Assembly (NCBI GenBank): GCA_028282585.1
Contig: JANQHR010000153.1
Span: 1 to 40,244 of the forward strand
Direction of reading: 5' to 3'
From: Bacteroidales bacterium
Lineage (GTDB): Bacteria > Bacteroidota > Bacteroidia > Bacteroidales > UBA12077
DNA: 40,244 nucleotides
The notes under the pieces are model-generated. The model was given only the letters and a program-made list of their open reading frames with translations, searched no databases and was not told the origin of the DNA. Every line of letters starts with the position of its first letter. Position 1 is the stretch's first letter. The translations under genes and the position numbers were made by a program. Shown in pieces: positions 27,517-38,432 of this stretch.

Positions 27517-28643
27517 AATCTTACCGATAATTTTTGAACCATTCCATGTTTCCATTTATGGAAAGTTCCTTCTATGATTTTTTGCCTTGCCTCATTAACC
27601 AACCAAAGATAAAAACTTAAGTTATGTAAACTTGCAATTTGTGCACCTAATATTTCGCCTGAATTGACTAAATGTCTTAAATAAGCTTTCGAGAATTTAG
27701 TATCTACAAAGGAAGCACCATTTTCTTCAATTGCTGAGAAATCGTTCTTCCATTTAACATTTTTTATATTTATTATACCTTCTTTTGTAAAAAGCATTCC
27801 ATTTCGACCATTTCTGGTTGGCATAACACAATCGAACATATCTATTCCGCGAGATATGGCTTCAAGAATATTTACAGGGGTTCCAACTCCCATTAGATAT
27901 CTAGGCTTATCTTCTGGTAAAACTTCATTAACTACTTCAATCATATCATACATATCTTCAATAGGTTCACCAACCGATAATCCTCCTATGGCATACCCAT
28001 CTCTTTCCTTTGAAGCAATTGTTTTTGCTGATTCAGTACGTAAATCCCTAAAAACACTTCCCTGTACGATTGGGAAAAAAGTTTGATTATGACCATATAA
28101 AGGTTCAGTCCCATCAAACCTTTTAAGTCCTCGCTCCAGCCAACGATGTGTTAACTGCATCGATTTTTTTGCATAATCATAATCGCAAGGATATGGTGTA
28201 CATTCATCGAAAGCCATAATAATATCAGCTCCAATTATTCTTTGTACATCTACTATATTTTCAGGAGTGAAAATATGCTTTGAACCATCAATATGTGATC
28301 TGAAATATGCCCCTTCTTCTTTAAGCTTTCTGTTCTCTGCCAAAGAAAAAACCTGGTAACCTCCGCTATCAGTTAAAATTGGACGATCCCAACTTATAAA
28401 TTGATGTAACCCGCCGGCCATTTTCATAGTTTCCATGCCGGGACGTAAATACAAATGATAAGTATTCCCTAAAATAATTTGAGCCTTAACATCTTCAATT
28501 AAATCTTTTTGATTGACACCTTTCACGCTTCCAACAGTGCCCACCGGCATAAAGATTGGTGTTTGTATTTTTCCGTGGTCAGTACTAATCTCCCCTGCTC
28601 TTGCCTTTGTTTTTGGCTCTTTTGCGAATATTTCGAACTTCAT
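27513..28643 (-). CDS. tgt: tRNA-guanine(34) transglycosylase
   Basis: TPIFMPVGT, GNTYHL, TDSGGYQ, AFDEC, PRYLMGVG, DMFDCV. Likely start MKFEIF. Confidence 0.97.
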   Translation of the reverse strand: MKFEIFAKEPKTKARAGEISTDHGKIQTPIFMPVGTVGSVKGVNQKDLIEDVKAQIILGNTYHLYLRPGMETMKMAGGLHQFISWDRPILTDSGGYQVFSLAENRKLKEEGAYFRSHIDGSKHIFTPENIVDVQRIIGADIIMAFDECTPYPCDYDYAKKSMQLTHRWLERGLKRFDGTEPLYGHNQTFFPIVQGSVFRDLRTESAKTIASKERDGYAIGGLSVGEPIEDMYDMIEVVNEVLPEDKPRYLMGVGTPVNILEAISRGIDMFDCVMPTRNGRNGMLFTKEGIINIKNVKWKNDFSAIEENGASFVDTKFSKAYLRHLVNSGEILGAQIASLHNLSFYLWLVNEARQKIIEGTFHKWKHGMVQKLSVRL

Positions 28644-28771
28644 ATGGATCAAATTTCGTGGCAAAGATAAAAAATGTGAATAAATTTTTATTTATTCGAA
28701 ACACAATTCTTGTTTAACCCAAAAATGTTTAATAAAATTGCCTTTTAACATTTAAATCCCGGCTTATAAAA

Positions 28772-29911
28772 GTGGAATACGTTAGTTTTGTCTTAGAGAA
28801 TCCAATTTACATTATACTTGTACTATTTGGATTAAGTCTATTAGTTCAATTATATTTTTATTTGTTTTACTATTCCCGAATAATTTTTTATCGTAAAAAG
28901 CAAGATTCTAAATCTACTCAAGAACCTGTTTCCGTTATTATTTGCGCACGCAATGAAGAAGAGAATCTTGAAAAAAACCTTCCTTCAATTTTAACTCAAG
29001 ATTATTCCAAATACGAAGTTATTGTCGTAAACGATTGTTCGGAAGACGAAACGGAATTTGTACTGGAACGCTTCCAAAAGAAGTACAAACATTTAAGAAC
29101 AACAACCATTAAACAGGATGAGAAATTTTTCCATAATAAAAAACTTGCTTTAACAATTGGAATAAAAGCTGCAAAAAATGAATTACTCCTTTTAACCGAT
29201 GCAGATTGTGTTGCGGAAAGCAACAAATGGATTGAAAAAATGCAGGAAAATTTCATTAGCGAAAAAGAGCTCGTAATAGGATATAGTGGCTACAAAAAAG
29301 AAAAGAAACTTATTAACAATTTGATTAGGTTTGACACATTATTTATTGCAATACAATATTTAACATTTGCTATAGCTAGAAAACCTTATATGGGTGTTGG
29401 TAGGAATCTGGCGTATAAAAAATCATTATTTTTTAAACACAAAGGTTTTGCAAGTCATAATCATATAGAATCGGGCGATGATGACTTATTTGTTAACGAA
29501 GTTGCAACCAGGAAAAATACAATAATCGAAATTTCAAAGGAATCGTTTACAAGATCCGAAGCTGAAAAGACTTTCTCAAATTGGTTTAAACAAAAGAAAA
29601 GACATACATCAACGGGTAAACTTTATAAATTTGGAACTAAGTGGAGACTATTCCTGGAAAATATAAGCAGAGTAACATTTTATGTTTTATTTGTATTGTC
29701 ATTAATCTTTTTTAAACATTTTTATATTTATATATTAGCAGTTTTTAGCTTTAGAATGTTTTTACAACTAACAATATATAAGACAGCTATGAATCGATTA
29801 GAAGAAAAGAATTTATTAATTCCATCACTTCTTTACGATTTAATAATGCCATATTTAAGTTTTTCATTTATTTTAGCAAATTATTTCACAAGAAAACGTA
29901 AATGGAATTAA
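28772..29911 (+). CDS. Glycosyltransferase family 2, membrane-anchored
   Basis: VSVIICARNEE, VVNDCS, LTDADC, SGDDDL, QKKRH. Confidence 0.9.
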   Translation: MEYVSFVLENPIYIILVLFGLSLLVQLYFYLFYYSRIIFYRKKQDSKSTQEPVSVIICARNEEENLEKNLPSILTQDYSKYEVIVVNDCSEDETEFVLERFQKKYKHLRTTTIKQDEKFFHNKKLALTIGIKAAKNELLLLTDADCVAESNKWIEKMQENFISEKELVIGYSGYKKEKKLINNLIRFDTLFIAIQYLTFAIARKPYMGVGRNLAYKKSLFFKHKGFASHNHIESGDDDLFVNEVATRKNTIIEISKESFTRSEAEKTFSNWFKQKKRHTSTGKLYKFGTKWRLFLENISRVTFYVLFVLSLIFFKHFYIYILAVFSFRMFLQLTIYKTAMNRLEEKNLLIPSLLYDLIMPYLSFSFILANYFTRKRKWN

Positions 29912-30504
29912 ATCCCAACCTATCCGATAAGGCAAAACAAGATTATAAACTTGTAAAATTAGCTATAGCTGGTGATGAGAAAGCCTATGCGGAACTTTTG
30001 GACAGGTATAAAGATGCCATTTATTATATGCTTCTTAAAATGGTTAATAATAAAAGCGATGCAGAAGATTTAACCATTGAGGCTTTTGGGAAAGCATTTA
30101 AAAATATTGCTCAGTACACTCCTAACTATGCATTTAGCACATGGCTTTTTAAAATTGCCACAAATAATTGTATCGACTTTATAAGAAAAAAGAAAGCAAA
30201 TGTAGTTTCTTTGGATCAAACTACTGATGAACAAGAAACAATTGGCACACCACTACAAGCAGATACACCTGATCCCGAAGAAGATATGATAAAAAGTCAA
30301 CGAATGGCATTAATGCGTGATGTTGTAGAAAAATTAAAGCCTCGTTACAGAACTCTTGTTGAGTTAAGATATTTTAAAGAATATTCATACGAAGAAATTG
30401 CTACAGAACTTGATCTTCCTATTGGTACTGTAAAAGCTCAATTGTTTAGAGCAAGAGAATTACTTTTCAATATACTTAAAAGCTCTAATCCAAATATAAA
30501 ATAA
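29902..30504 (+). CDS. ECF sigma-70 factor (SigW-like)
   Basis: DAEDLTIEAF, FSTWLFKIATN, SYEEIA..LDLPIGTVKAQLFRAR. Confidence 0.95.
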   Translation: MELNPNLSDKAKQDYKLVKLAIAGDEKAYAELLDRYKDAIYYMLLKMVNNKSDAEDLTIEAFGKAFKNIAQYTPNYAFSTWLFKIATNNCIDFIRKKKANVVSLDQTTDEQETIGTPLQADTPDPEEDMIKSQRMALMRDVVEKLKPRYRTLVELRYFKEYSYEEIATELDLPIGTVKAQLFRARELLFNILKSSNPNIK

Positions 30505-30511
30505 GTTTTAA

Positions 30512-31132
30512 ATGGAAATTGTAAAAAAATACTTTCCCGATTTAACGGAAAAGCAAAAATTGCAATTCAATTCACTTAAAGAACTATATGAGGAATGGAA
30601 CATTAAAATAAATGTTATTTCGCGAAAAGATATAGAACAACTCTACGAAAGGCACGTCCTTCATTCCTTAGCAATTGCCAAGGTAATTCAGTTTAAAAAC
30701 AGTACAAGTATTTTGGATATTGGAACCGGTGGTGGATTTCCTGGAATACCACTGGCAATTATGTTTCCAGAATGCAAATTCCACCTGATTGATTCAATTG
30801 GAAAAAAAATTAAAGTTGTCGATGGAGTTATAAATTCAATTCAATTAACAAACGCTTCATGCGAACAACAAAGAGCAGAAAAAATAAAGGAACAATATGA
30901 CTTTATTATTAGCCGGGCCGTAACCGCATTTCCTGTATTTTATAACTGGGTAAGAAGTAAAGTAAAAAAGGATTCCAAGAATGATTTAAAAAATGGAATA
31001 TTATATTTAAAAGGAGGCAACCTGAAAGAAGAACTAAAAAATTTCAAATCAAGAATTACAAGTGTCGATATCTCTGAATTCTTTAGTGAATCGTTTTTTG
31101 AAACTAAAAAAGTAATTTATCTGCCAATTTAA
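30512..31132 (+). CDS. rsmG: 16S rRNA m7G527 methyltransferase
   Basis: RHVLHSL, LDIGTGGGFPGIPL, DSIGKK, SRAV, LKGG. Confidence 0.96.
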   Translation: MEIVKKYFPDLTEKQKLQFNSLKELYEEWNIKINVISRKDIEQLYERHVLHSLAIAKVIQFKNSTSILDIGTGGGFPGIPLAIMFPECKFHLIDSIGKKIKVVDGVINSIQLTNASCEQQRAEKIKEQYDFIISRAVTAFPVFYNWVRSKVKKDSKNDLKNGILYLKGGNLKEELKNFKSRITSVDISEFFSESFFETKKVIYLPI

Positions 31133-31155
31133 TTTAATAATATTTTAAAATTCTT

Positions 31156-31185
31156 TTTGCAGGAAAGAAAAAAACATTACTTTTG
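31156..31185 (+). promoter_or_regulatory. Bacteroidota sigma70 promoter of rpmH
   Basis: TTTG (31156-31159)-N18-TACTTTTG (31178-31185). Confidence 0.6.
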
Positions 31186-31227
31186 CAGTTCCAAAAGAAA
31201 AAGTAAAACATTTTAAAAATATTTGAG

Positions 31228-31386
31228 ATGAAAAGAACATTTCAACCTTCAAACAGAAAAAGAAAGAACAAGCACGGATTCAGAGAAAGAATGTCATCTG
31301 TGAATGGAAGAAAGGTACTTGCTGCACGCAGAGCAAAAGGAAGAAAGAAATTGAGTGTATCAGACGAATTCAATTCAAAGAAGTAA
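31228..31386 (+). CDS. rpmH: 50S ribosomal protein L34 (absent from the ORF track)
   Basis: Manual translation gives [52 protein letters not shown]. Confidence 0.98.
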   Translation: MKRTFQPSNRKRKNKHGFRERMSSVNGRKVLAARRAKGRKKLSVSDEFNSKK

Positions 31387-31409
31387 TTTAATAGTTCTTA
31401 TATAAAAGC

Positions 31410-31444
31410 AAAGTAAGGGATAGTATTTTATTCCTTACTTTTTT
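31410..31444 (+). terminator. Rho-independent terminator after rpmH
   Basis: AAAGTAAGGGATA / TATTCCTTACTTT followed by Ts. Confidence 0.75.
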
Positions 31445-31551
31445 ATTTTATATCTATCACATCAAGTTTTATCTCAACAAACTCCTCTTATTAGTTGTTT
31501 TCATCTTATATCAAATAAATTTCTTCTAATTTTGCAACAAAAATATTCGTT

Positions 31552-32664
31552 TTGATACAAGATATTATATTATCAAAGAATTTTACTGAATTCCAAAAAG
31601 GAATTGTACATAAGATCCATAATAAGGAAAGATTAAGCAGAGAAGAAGGAATTGAACTTTTTAGCTTCGATCTGGGTACTTTAGGAATTTTGGCATCTTA
31701 TGTAAATAAACAAAAAAATCAGGATAAGGTATATTTCAATAAGAACTTTCACATCGAACCAACTAATATCTGTATTTATGATTGCACATTTTGTTCATAC
31801 CATAGAAAAATAAATGAGGCTGGTAGTTGGGAATATTCCATTGATGATATTCTCGAAAAAGTTAAAGCATACATAAATTCCGAGGTTACAGAAATTCACA
31901 TTGTCGGTGGAGTTCATCCAAACCGTGATATACATTATTATGGTGAGATGATACAAAAAATAAAAGAAATTTTACCGGATATCCATATAAAAGCTTTTAC
32001 CGCTGTAGAACTCGATTTTATGATAAAAAAAGCCAGATTGAGTACAAAAGAAGGCTTATTAAGGCTTAAGGAATATGGATTAGATAGTATCCCTGGAGGC
32101 GGAGCAGAAATTTTTGAGCCTGAAATCAGAAAAAAAGTTTGTCATGAAAAATCAACAGCTGAACAATGGCTTGAAATACATGAAACTGCGCATAATGTTG
32201 GCATACCCTCAAATGCCACAATGCTATATGGTCATTTGGAGAATCATCAACATAGAATTCAGCATTTGTTTAAATTAAGAGAACTTCAAGATAAAACAAA
32301 TGGTTTTAATACATTCATCCCTTTAAAATTTAAAATGGCAAACAACCCCCTATCACATTTGGGTGAAGTAAATACATTTGAGGATCTTAAAATGTTTGCC
32401 GTTTCAAGAATATTTCTGGACAACTTCGATCATATTAAAGCATATTGGCCCATGTTAGGGAAAGATGTATCTCAAATCACATTATCTTTTGGCGTCGATG
32501 ATATTGATGGAACCATAGATGACTCAACAAAGATTTATTCTATGGCAGGCGCAAAAGATCAAAAACCTACTATGACCACTAAAGAACTTATTGAGTTAAT
32601 AAAAACTAGTGGTAAAAGACCCGTTGAACGAGACACTGTTTATAATGTTGTAAAGGAATATTAG
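31552..32664 (+). CDS. mqnE: Aminofutalosine synthase (CofH-family radical SAM)
   Basis: CxxxCxxC (CIYDCTFC), HIVGG, HIKAFTAVE, PGGGAEIF and HIKAYW, which favours MqnE over MqnC. TTG start uncertain. Confidence 0.85.
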   Translation: MIQDIILSKNFTEFQKGIVHKIHNKERLSREEGIELFSFDLGTLGILASYVNKQKNQDKVYFNKNFHIEPTNICIYDCTFCSYHRKINEAGSWEYSIDDILEKVKAYINSEVTEIHIVGGVHPNRDIHYYGEMIQKIKEILPDIHIKAFTAVELDFMIKKARLSTKEGLLRLKEYGLDSIPGGGAEIFEPEIRKKVCHEKSTAEQWLEIHETAHNVGIPSNATMLYGHLENHQHRIQHLFKLRELQDKTNGFNTFIPLKFKMANNPLSHLGEVNTFEDLKMFAVSRIFLDNFDHIKAYWPMLGKDVSQITLSFGVDDIDGTIDDSTKIYSMAGAKDQKPTMTTKELIELIKTSGKRPVERDTVYNVVKEY

Positions 32665-32757
32665 ATTCATTTTGCACCGAATTAATTTTAGTTTATGCTT
32701 ACATAATTTTATATTTGTCTCACCGTTAACTATATTATATAAATTGCACAACTGATA

Positions 32758-33585
32758 ATGACCCTATTCAAATTTTTAGCAAGTAAAACATTTTTTAAAC
32801 ATTTAGGATTTGCGTTTTTAGGAGTTATAGTACTTTTATTTTTTACTTTTCAAATTCTGAGGCTTTATACCCATCATGGCCAGGCACTGGCAGTTCCCGA
32901 TTTTACGGGTATGACTTTAGAAGAAGTACATAAAAAAGCAAAAAAGAACAAACTCCGAATTGAAGTAGCCGATTCTGTTTTTAATAATAACAAGCCAAAA
33001 GGAACTGTTATTGAGCAAAATCCAAATCCTGAATTCAAAGTAAAAAAGAATAGAAGAATATTCTTAATTATGAATGCTTCAAATCCCGAGAAAGTTAAAA
33101 TGCCAAATATCATTGGCGTTTCACACAGACAAGCAGAAGCAGTATTAAGAAATGCCGGCCTTGAGATAGGCAGATTAATTCACGTCCCTGATATTGCTAT
33201 AAATAACGTACTAAGTCAAAAATATAAAGGAGAAGAAATTGAAGAAGGTACTTTAGTACCAAAAGGATCAAAAATCAATTTAGTATTAGGAATGGGATTA
33301 AGCAATCAAAAAACGCAGGTTCCTGATTTAAATTTTTACTCCTTGGGAAACGCTAAAAACAGAATTTTACGTTCAGCTTTAAATTTAGGTGCAATTATAT
33401 ATGATGAATCCATTATTGATAGAACAGATAGTATTGAAGCTAAAGTATGGCGCCAATATCCTTCATACAGAGAAAATAAAATGATTAGATTGGGATCGAC
33501 AATTGATTTGTGGTTAACCGTTGATTCTACAATACTTTACCCTGAAGTTGAAATTGATACGACTAACCTTATTGTTAACGAATAA
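32758..33585 (+). CDS. PASTA domain-containing protein
   Basis: N-terminal TM, YTHHG..VPDF.G, GTVIEQNP.P and three PASTA repeats. Confidence 0.92.
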   Translation: MTLFKFLASKTFFKHLGFAFLGVIVLLFFTFQILRLYTHHGQALAVPDFTGMTLEEVHKKAKKNKLRIEVADSVFNNNKPKGTVIEQNPNPEFKVKKNRRIFLIMNASNPEKVKMPNIIGVSHRQAEAVLRNAGLEIGRLIHVPDIAINNVLSQKYKGEEIEEGTLVPKGSKINLVLGMGLSNQKTQVPDLNFYSLGNAKNRILRSALNLGAIIYDESIIDRTDSIEAKVWRQYPSYRENKMIRLGSTIDLWLTVDSTILYPEVEIDTTNLIVNE

Positions 33586-33589
33586 TAAA

Positions 33590-35560
33590 TTGAAAAAATA
33601 CTATACATATATAATTCCTCTTTTATTGATTTTTACAATTCCTATAAAATCTCAGGAAGTTATAACCGGTTTACAACAAAATCCAAAAATTAAGTCTCTT
33701 TATGTAAAAAAATCGGAGGTAGAATCTTATAGAAAGGTTAAAGCATTAAAATCAAATATTGATTTACCCTTTATTGATGATTTTGCAAAATCTATCGGCT
33801 ATACAGATGATTCTTTATGGATGGATGACTATATATTTGTAAACCAAACTTATGCTATCAATCCCGTAAGTATTGGAGTAGCTACATTAGATGCTATTGA
33901 TGGAACAGGAAATATTCATTCCAATGCAAGCACCTCATCTTTTGGAGCAGATACGTTAACTTCAAATGTCATAAATCTTGATTATCCCGGGGATAATACT
34001 ATTTTCTTAAGTTTTTATTTTCAGCCAGGTGGATTGGGTGATACTCCGGAAACCAAGGATTCGTTGCTTTTGGAATTTCTTTCCTTAGATACTGTCTGGG
34101 TAAAAAAATGGCATGCCGTTTTTAATGCAACCGATTCTATTTTAACCCAGAAATATTTTGGAATTACTGATACAACAACAAAAATCGCGAGTGGCGATAC
34201 TACAACTGATTTGAGAGCTGTTTTTCAACAAGTTATACTCTCTGTCGATGATGAAAAATTTTTACACAAGGATTTTCAGTTTAGATTTAGAAATTATGCC
34301 AGTTTATCAACAAGTTCAAGTATAGAAAGTAAGGCTAGCAACTCCGACCACTGGCATTTAGATTTTGTGATTTTAGATAAGGATCGAAATATTAATGATA
34401 CTGTTATAAATGATATCGTATTTTCTGAACCTATGGGTTCTTTGCTAAAAAATTACGATGCCATTCCATGGTCTCATTATAATCGTGCTTTAGCTTACGA
34501 AATGGAAGATTCTATTTCAATTACATATCGAAATCTAAACGATAATGTAAAAAACGTTGATCGTGAGTTTGAGATTGAAGATCTAATAGGAGCTACCGGA
34601 ATTTATCCATTTACGGGTGAATCTGGAGATAATATTCCTCCTTTTACCGAAGAAACATATAAAAGATTTATAGATTATATTTTCCCTTATGATCCTTTAA
34701 CAGATTCTGCACTATTTGAAATTAGAAGCTTTTTCGATCTTGGAACCAATATTGTCGAAGAATCTTATCGACAAAACGATACTGTGCGTTTCCTTCAGAA
34801 ATTCTATAACTATTATGCTTATGATGATGGAACTGCAGAGAACGGTTATGGTTTAATAGGAGAAGGAACTGAAAGAGCTATGGTGGCAATGAAATTTAAC
34901 ACATACAAAGAAGATACGTTAAGAGCTGTTCAAATCTTTTTTAATTCGGTTTTAAATAACGCTACTCAAACCAATACGTTCAGACTCCATATTTGGAACG
35001 AATCAGCTGGTGAACCTGGAAATATTATTCATACTATTGAAGGACTAAAACCTCAAATTGAAGATAAGTTGAACAAGTTTACAACCTTTGTGCTAGATAC
35101 TGCTATAGCTTTAGATGGCAATTTTTATGTTGGTTGGCAAAAAAATAACACTTCAGAGATGCTAAATGTTGGTTTTGATGTTAATCGAATCAATAACGAC
35201 AAGCTATTTTATAATTTTACAGGAAACTGGGCAAAATCGCAGTTTGAAGGTACAATTATGATACGTCCTCTTTTTGGAGAAAACTTAAATGTTTCTACTG
35301 GAACAACAACTCCTGCTATTGAAACTATTAATTTTAATATTTATCCAAATCCGGCAAGCGATTATTTAAATATTGAACTTAATAATTTAACACAAAATAT
35401 TTCTTACACTATATTTGATGCTTATGGTAAAGTCTATAAAAATGAACACTATAAACAATCACCTATAGACGTTTCCAACTTAAATTCAGGTATATATTTC
35501 ATTCGATTTTCAAATTCGAATCAGAATTTTACAACTAAAAAGTTTATAGTAGTTCGTTAA
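33590..35560 (+). CDS. T9SS type A sorting domain-containing protein
   Basis: Likely TTG start (LKKYYTY signal peptide), LPFIDDF, YYAYDDGTAE and C-terminal IYPNPASD...SGIYFI...KKFIV. Confidence 0.85.
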   Translation: MKKYYTYIIPLLLIFTIPIKSQEVITGLQQNPKIKSLYVKKSEVESYRKVKALKSNIDLPFIDDFAKSIGYTDDSLWMDDYIFVNQTYAINPVSIGVATLDAIDGTGNIHSNASTSSFGADTLTSNVINLDYPGDNTIFLSFYFQPGGLGDTPETKDSLLLEFLSLDTVWVKKWHAVFNATDSILTQKYFGITDTTTKIASGDTTTDLRAVFQQVILSVDDEKFLHKDFQFRFRNYASLSTSSSIESKASNSDHWHLDFVILDKDRNINDTVINDIVFSEPMGSLLKNYDAIPWSHYNRALAYEMEDSISITYRNLNDNVKNVDREFEIEDLIGATGIYPFTGESGDNIPPFTEETYKRFIDYIFPYDPLTDSALFEIRSFFDLGTNIVEESYRQNDTVRFLQKFYNYYAYDDGTAENGYGLIGEGTERAMVAMKFNTYKEDTLRAVQIFFNSVLNNATQTNTFRLHIWNESAGEPGNIIHTIEGLKPQIEDKLNKFTTFVLDTAIALDGNFYVGWQKNNTSEMLNVGFDVNRINNDKLFYNFTGNWAKSQFEGTIMIRPLFGENLNVSTGTTTPAIETINFNIYPNPASDYLNIELNNLTQNISYTIFDAYGKVYKNEHYKQSPIDVSNLNSGIYFIRFSNSNQNFTTKKFIVVR

Positions 35561-35570
35561 CTTAAGCGTT

Positions 35571-36608
35571 ATGAAAGAAGAAATTATCGAAAACGAAGAA
35601 AATGAGTTATTCGAACACTATAGAATTGAAGTAGATCCAGGACAAAAGCCTTTAAGGGTAGATAAGTTTTTAGTTAACCGAATTGAGAATGCATCGAGAA
35701 GTAAAATCCAAAGTGCTGCCGATGCCGACAATATACTTGTAAATAAAAAACCTGTAAAATCAAATTATAAGGTAAAGCCTAATGATATAATTTCCATTGT
35801 TATGGCCTATCCTCCACGAGAAATTGAATTGATCCCTGAAGATATTCCAATAAATATTGTTTACGAAGATGATGACCTGGTTATTGTAAATAAAAAACCT
35901 GGAATGGTAGTACATCCCTCATATGGCCATTATACGGGAACATTAGTAAATGCAATGATGTTTCATTTAAAAGACCTACCTCTATTCAATAACGGAGATA
36001 TGCGTCCGGGTCTTGTTCACAGAATAGATAAAAATACTTCCGGATTACTCGTTTTAGCCAAAACGGAACAAGCACTTAACAAACTGGCAAAACAATTTTT
36101 TGATAAAACTACCGAACGTAGGTATCATGCTCTGGTATGGGGAACATTCGAAGAAAAGGAAGGTACTATAACTGGTCATATTGGAAGGAATACAAAAAAC
36201 AGAAAAGTTATGCAGGTTTTTTCGGATGGATCGCAGGGAAAACACGCTGTAACACACTATAAAGTTTTAGAAGAACTAGGATACATTACCCTTGTTGAAT
36301 GCAGATTAGAAACCGGCAGGACACATCAGATTCGTGTTCATTTTCAACATATTGGTCATCCTTTATTCAATGATTTTGAGTATGGCGGAGATCAAATTTT
36401 GAAAGGGACAACTTTCACAAAGTACAAGCAATTTGTTCAAAACTGTTTCGACATTTTACCCCGGCAAGCACTCCATGCTAAAACATTAGGTTTTATGCAT
36501 CCTTCAACCAAAGAATCTATGCGCTTTGATTCAGAAATACCTGATGATATGACAATGGTAATTGAAAAATGGAGAAGATATCTTTCAGGTCGCGAATCAT
36601 TCGAATAA
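35571..36608 (+). CDS. rluD: RluA-family pseudouridine synthase (RluD-like)
   Basis: S4 domain, NKKPGMVVHP, VHRIDKNTSG, ETGRTHQIRVH, RQALHA. Confidence 0.9.
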   Translation: MKEEIIENEENELFEHYRIEVDPGQKPLRVDKFLVNRIENASRSKIQSAADADNILVNKKPVKSNYKVKPNDIISIVMAYPPREIELIPEDIPINIVYEDDDLVIVNKKPGMVVHPSYGHYTGTLVNAMMFHLKDLPLFNNGDMRPGLVHRIDKNTSGLLVLAKTEQALNKLAKQFFDKTTERRYHALVWGTFEEKEGTITGHIGRNTKNRKVMQVFSDGSQGKHAVTHYKVLEELGYITLVECRLETGRTHQIRVHFQHIGHPLFNDFEYGGDQILKGTTFTKYKQFVQNCFDILPRQALHAKTLGFMHPSTKESMRFDSEIPDDMTMVIEKWRRYLSGRESFE

Positions 36609-36661
36609 TTTTTTACCTTTAAAGTCAATTTTTTGATAAAACCATCCAATAACTAAACATT

Positions 36662-37519
36662 ATGAAACGAATCTTAATAAGCTTGGTTTCTTTTTTGGTA
36701 ATAACAGGAACTGCAACCATATCTTATTGTCAAACAACCGGACCGGAATCAGGAACCTTATTGATCATCGGTGGTAATGCAAGCGACACTTTCTTTTTAC
36801 CAATATTTAAAGATTTAGCAGGTGGTGGACAGGCAGAAATAGTTATTATACCTACAGCAAGAAGTGAAGAAAGCTTATCAAAAGATCCTGATTTTAGTAA
36901 ATTAATTGGCAGGTTTGAAAAATATAATTTCAAAAAAATAACTATTCTACATACTCGAAGCCCCGAAGAAGCAAATTCTCCTGAATTCGTTGAACCTTTA
37001 AAAACAGCAACCGGAATATGGTTTCAGGGTGGCAGACAATGGCGATTAGCTGATTCATATTTAAACACATTAACGCATTTAGAAATTTATGGCGTTTTAC
37101 ACAGAGGCGGTGTTGTTGCAGGAACATCTGCTGGTGCCACAATACAGGGTTCATACCTGGCAAGAGGCGACACCAAAGCAAACACAATAATGATGGGAGA
37201 TCATGAAAAAGGATTATCCCTTATAAAAAATATAGCAATTGATCAGCATTTATTAGCTCGAAACAGGCACTTCGACATGTTCGAAATAATAAACAATAAG
37301 AAAGAGCTATTAGGAATCGGTTTAGACGAAAATACGGGAATTATAGTGCAAGGCAACACTTTTGAGGTTGTAGGTAATCATTATGTTGCTATTTATGACA
37401 GAACCAGGTGGTCAGCAGAAAGAGATACGGTTATAAAATTAAATAGTAGCAGAAAAGAATTCTATTTTCTCAAATCAGGAGATAAATATGATATGTTAAA
37501 CAGAAAAGTTATTGAATAG
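36662..37519 (+). CDS. Cyanophycinase-like peptidase (S51), with signal peptide
   Basis: LLIIGG, IPTA, GGRQ.RL, GTSAGA, DQH and GLDENT. Confidence 0.88.
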   Translation: MKRILISLVSFLVITGTATISYCQTTGPESGTLLIIGGNASDTFFLPIFKDLAGGGQAEIVIIPTARSEESLSKDPDFSKLIGRFEKYNFKKITILHTRSPEEANSPEFVEPLKTATGIWFQGGRQWRLADSYLNTLTHLEIYGVLHRGGVVAGTSAGATIQGSYLARGDTKANTIMMGDHEKGLSLIKNIAIDQHLLARNRHFDMFEIINNKKELLGIGLDENTGIIVQGNTFEVVGNHYVAIYDRTRWSAERDTVIKLNSSRKEFYFLKSGDKYDMLNRKVIE

Positions 37520-38432
37520 ATTCATTTTCCCTTTTAACTAGTTCTTCATGATTCTCTGTTTTAGGAAAAACCCAGGCTTTATTTATTTTAGTTTTCTTAC
37601 CTATTAATTTTAGATATGCTTCAAATAATTCCAATAAAACAGGACGCATTTCTGTCTCCATTTTTAATAAATCAGCTTTAATAGCCTCAATCAAGTTATC
37701 ATAAACACCAACGGTATACCCTGTTTTTCTTGACTTATATTCTTGTACGTCAATTAAGAATAAATCCAGATCATGCCATTCGCCTAGTAAATCTTCAGCT
37801 TTTTTTATGTTCTTAAATTTAAATTTTCCTTTAAAAAGTTTGCTCGATGTTACTTCAAGTTGTTCAGTAGTGAACCTTATGTGTTTTAAATATTTTCTTA
37901 TTTCATGCAAGTAATCTCTGAAGTTTGCTTTCCCAAGCCAGTTGTATGATTGCTCTACCCTTGAATCGACAAACTTCTTGATATTTTTATTAATTGTATT
38001 ATTATTTTTTTTTGCAATTTTTTCTTTTAAATATTCCACACTTCTAAAAACCTCAATAAATGAGATGTTTGTCATTTCACTCCAATACTCTTCTTTGGCT
38101 TGTCCTGACTGACGTAAAATACTCTTTCTGAAATTCTCGAAATTCTGATTTAGTTTTTCTTTATATACCTCCAATAATCCGCTTTTAATTTGATGTTCTC
38201 TTAAATTACCGGAAATTCCAAAAATATATTTTACTTGTTTAAAAGGTTTTAGTTCTTTTTTAGTACATATCTTAGATTCTTCGAATAGATTAAGCAACGC
38301 TCTTAATCTTTTAATTGAAACGCGTAATTCATGTATAGCTTCTTTCTCGTCTGTATTAACTGTATTAATATATTCCTTTTCAAATTCCTGAAGGTATCCC
38401 GTCAATAAAAAACTCAACTCTTTTCTACTCAT
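37509..38432 (-). CDS. CHAD domain protein
   Basis: IHELRVSIKRLRA, LHEIRK..K..R and EDLLGEWHD. Confidence 0.88.
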   Translation of the reverse strand: MSRKELSFLLTGYLQEFEKEYINTVNTDEKEAIHELRVSIKRLRALLNLFEESKICTKKELKPFKQVKYIFGISGNLREHQIKSGLLEVYKEKLNQNFENFRKSILRQSGQAKEEYWSEMTNISFIEVFRSVEYLKEKIAKKNNNTINKNIKKFVDSRVEQSYNWLGKANFRDYLHEIRKYLKHIRFTTEQLEVTSSKLFKGKFKFKNIKKAEDLLGEWHDLDLFLIDVQEYKSRKTGYTVGVYDNLIEAIKADLLKMETEMRPVLLELFEAYLKLIGKKTKINKAWVFPKTENHEELVKRENESIQ

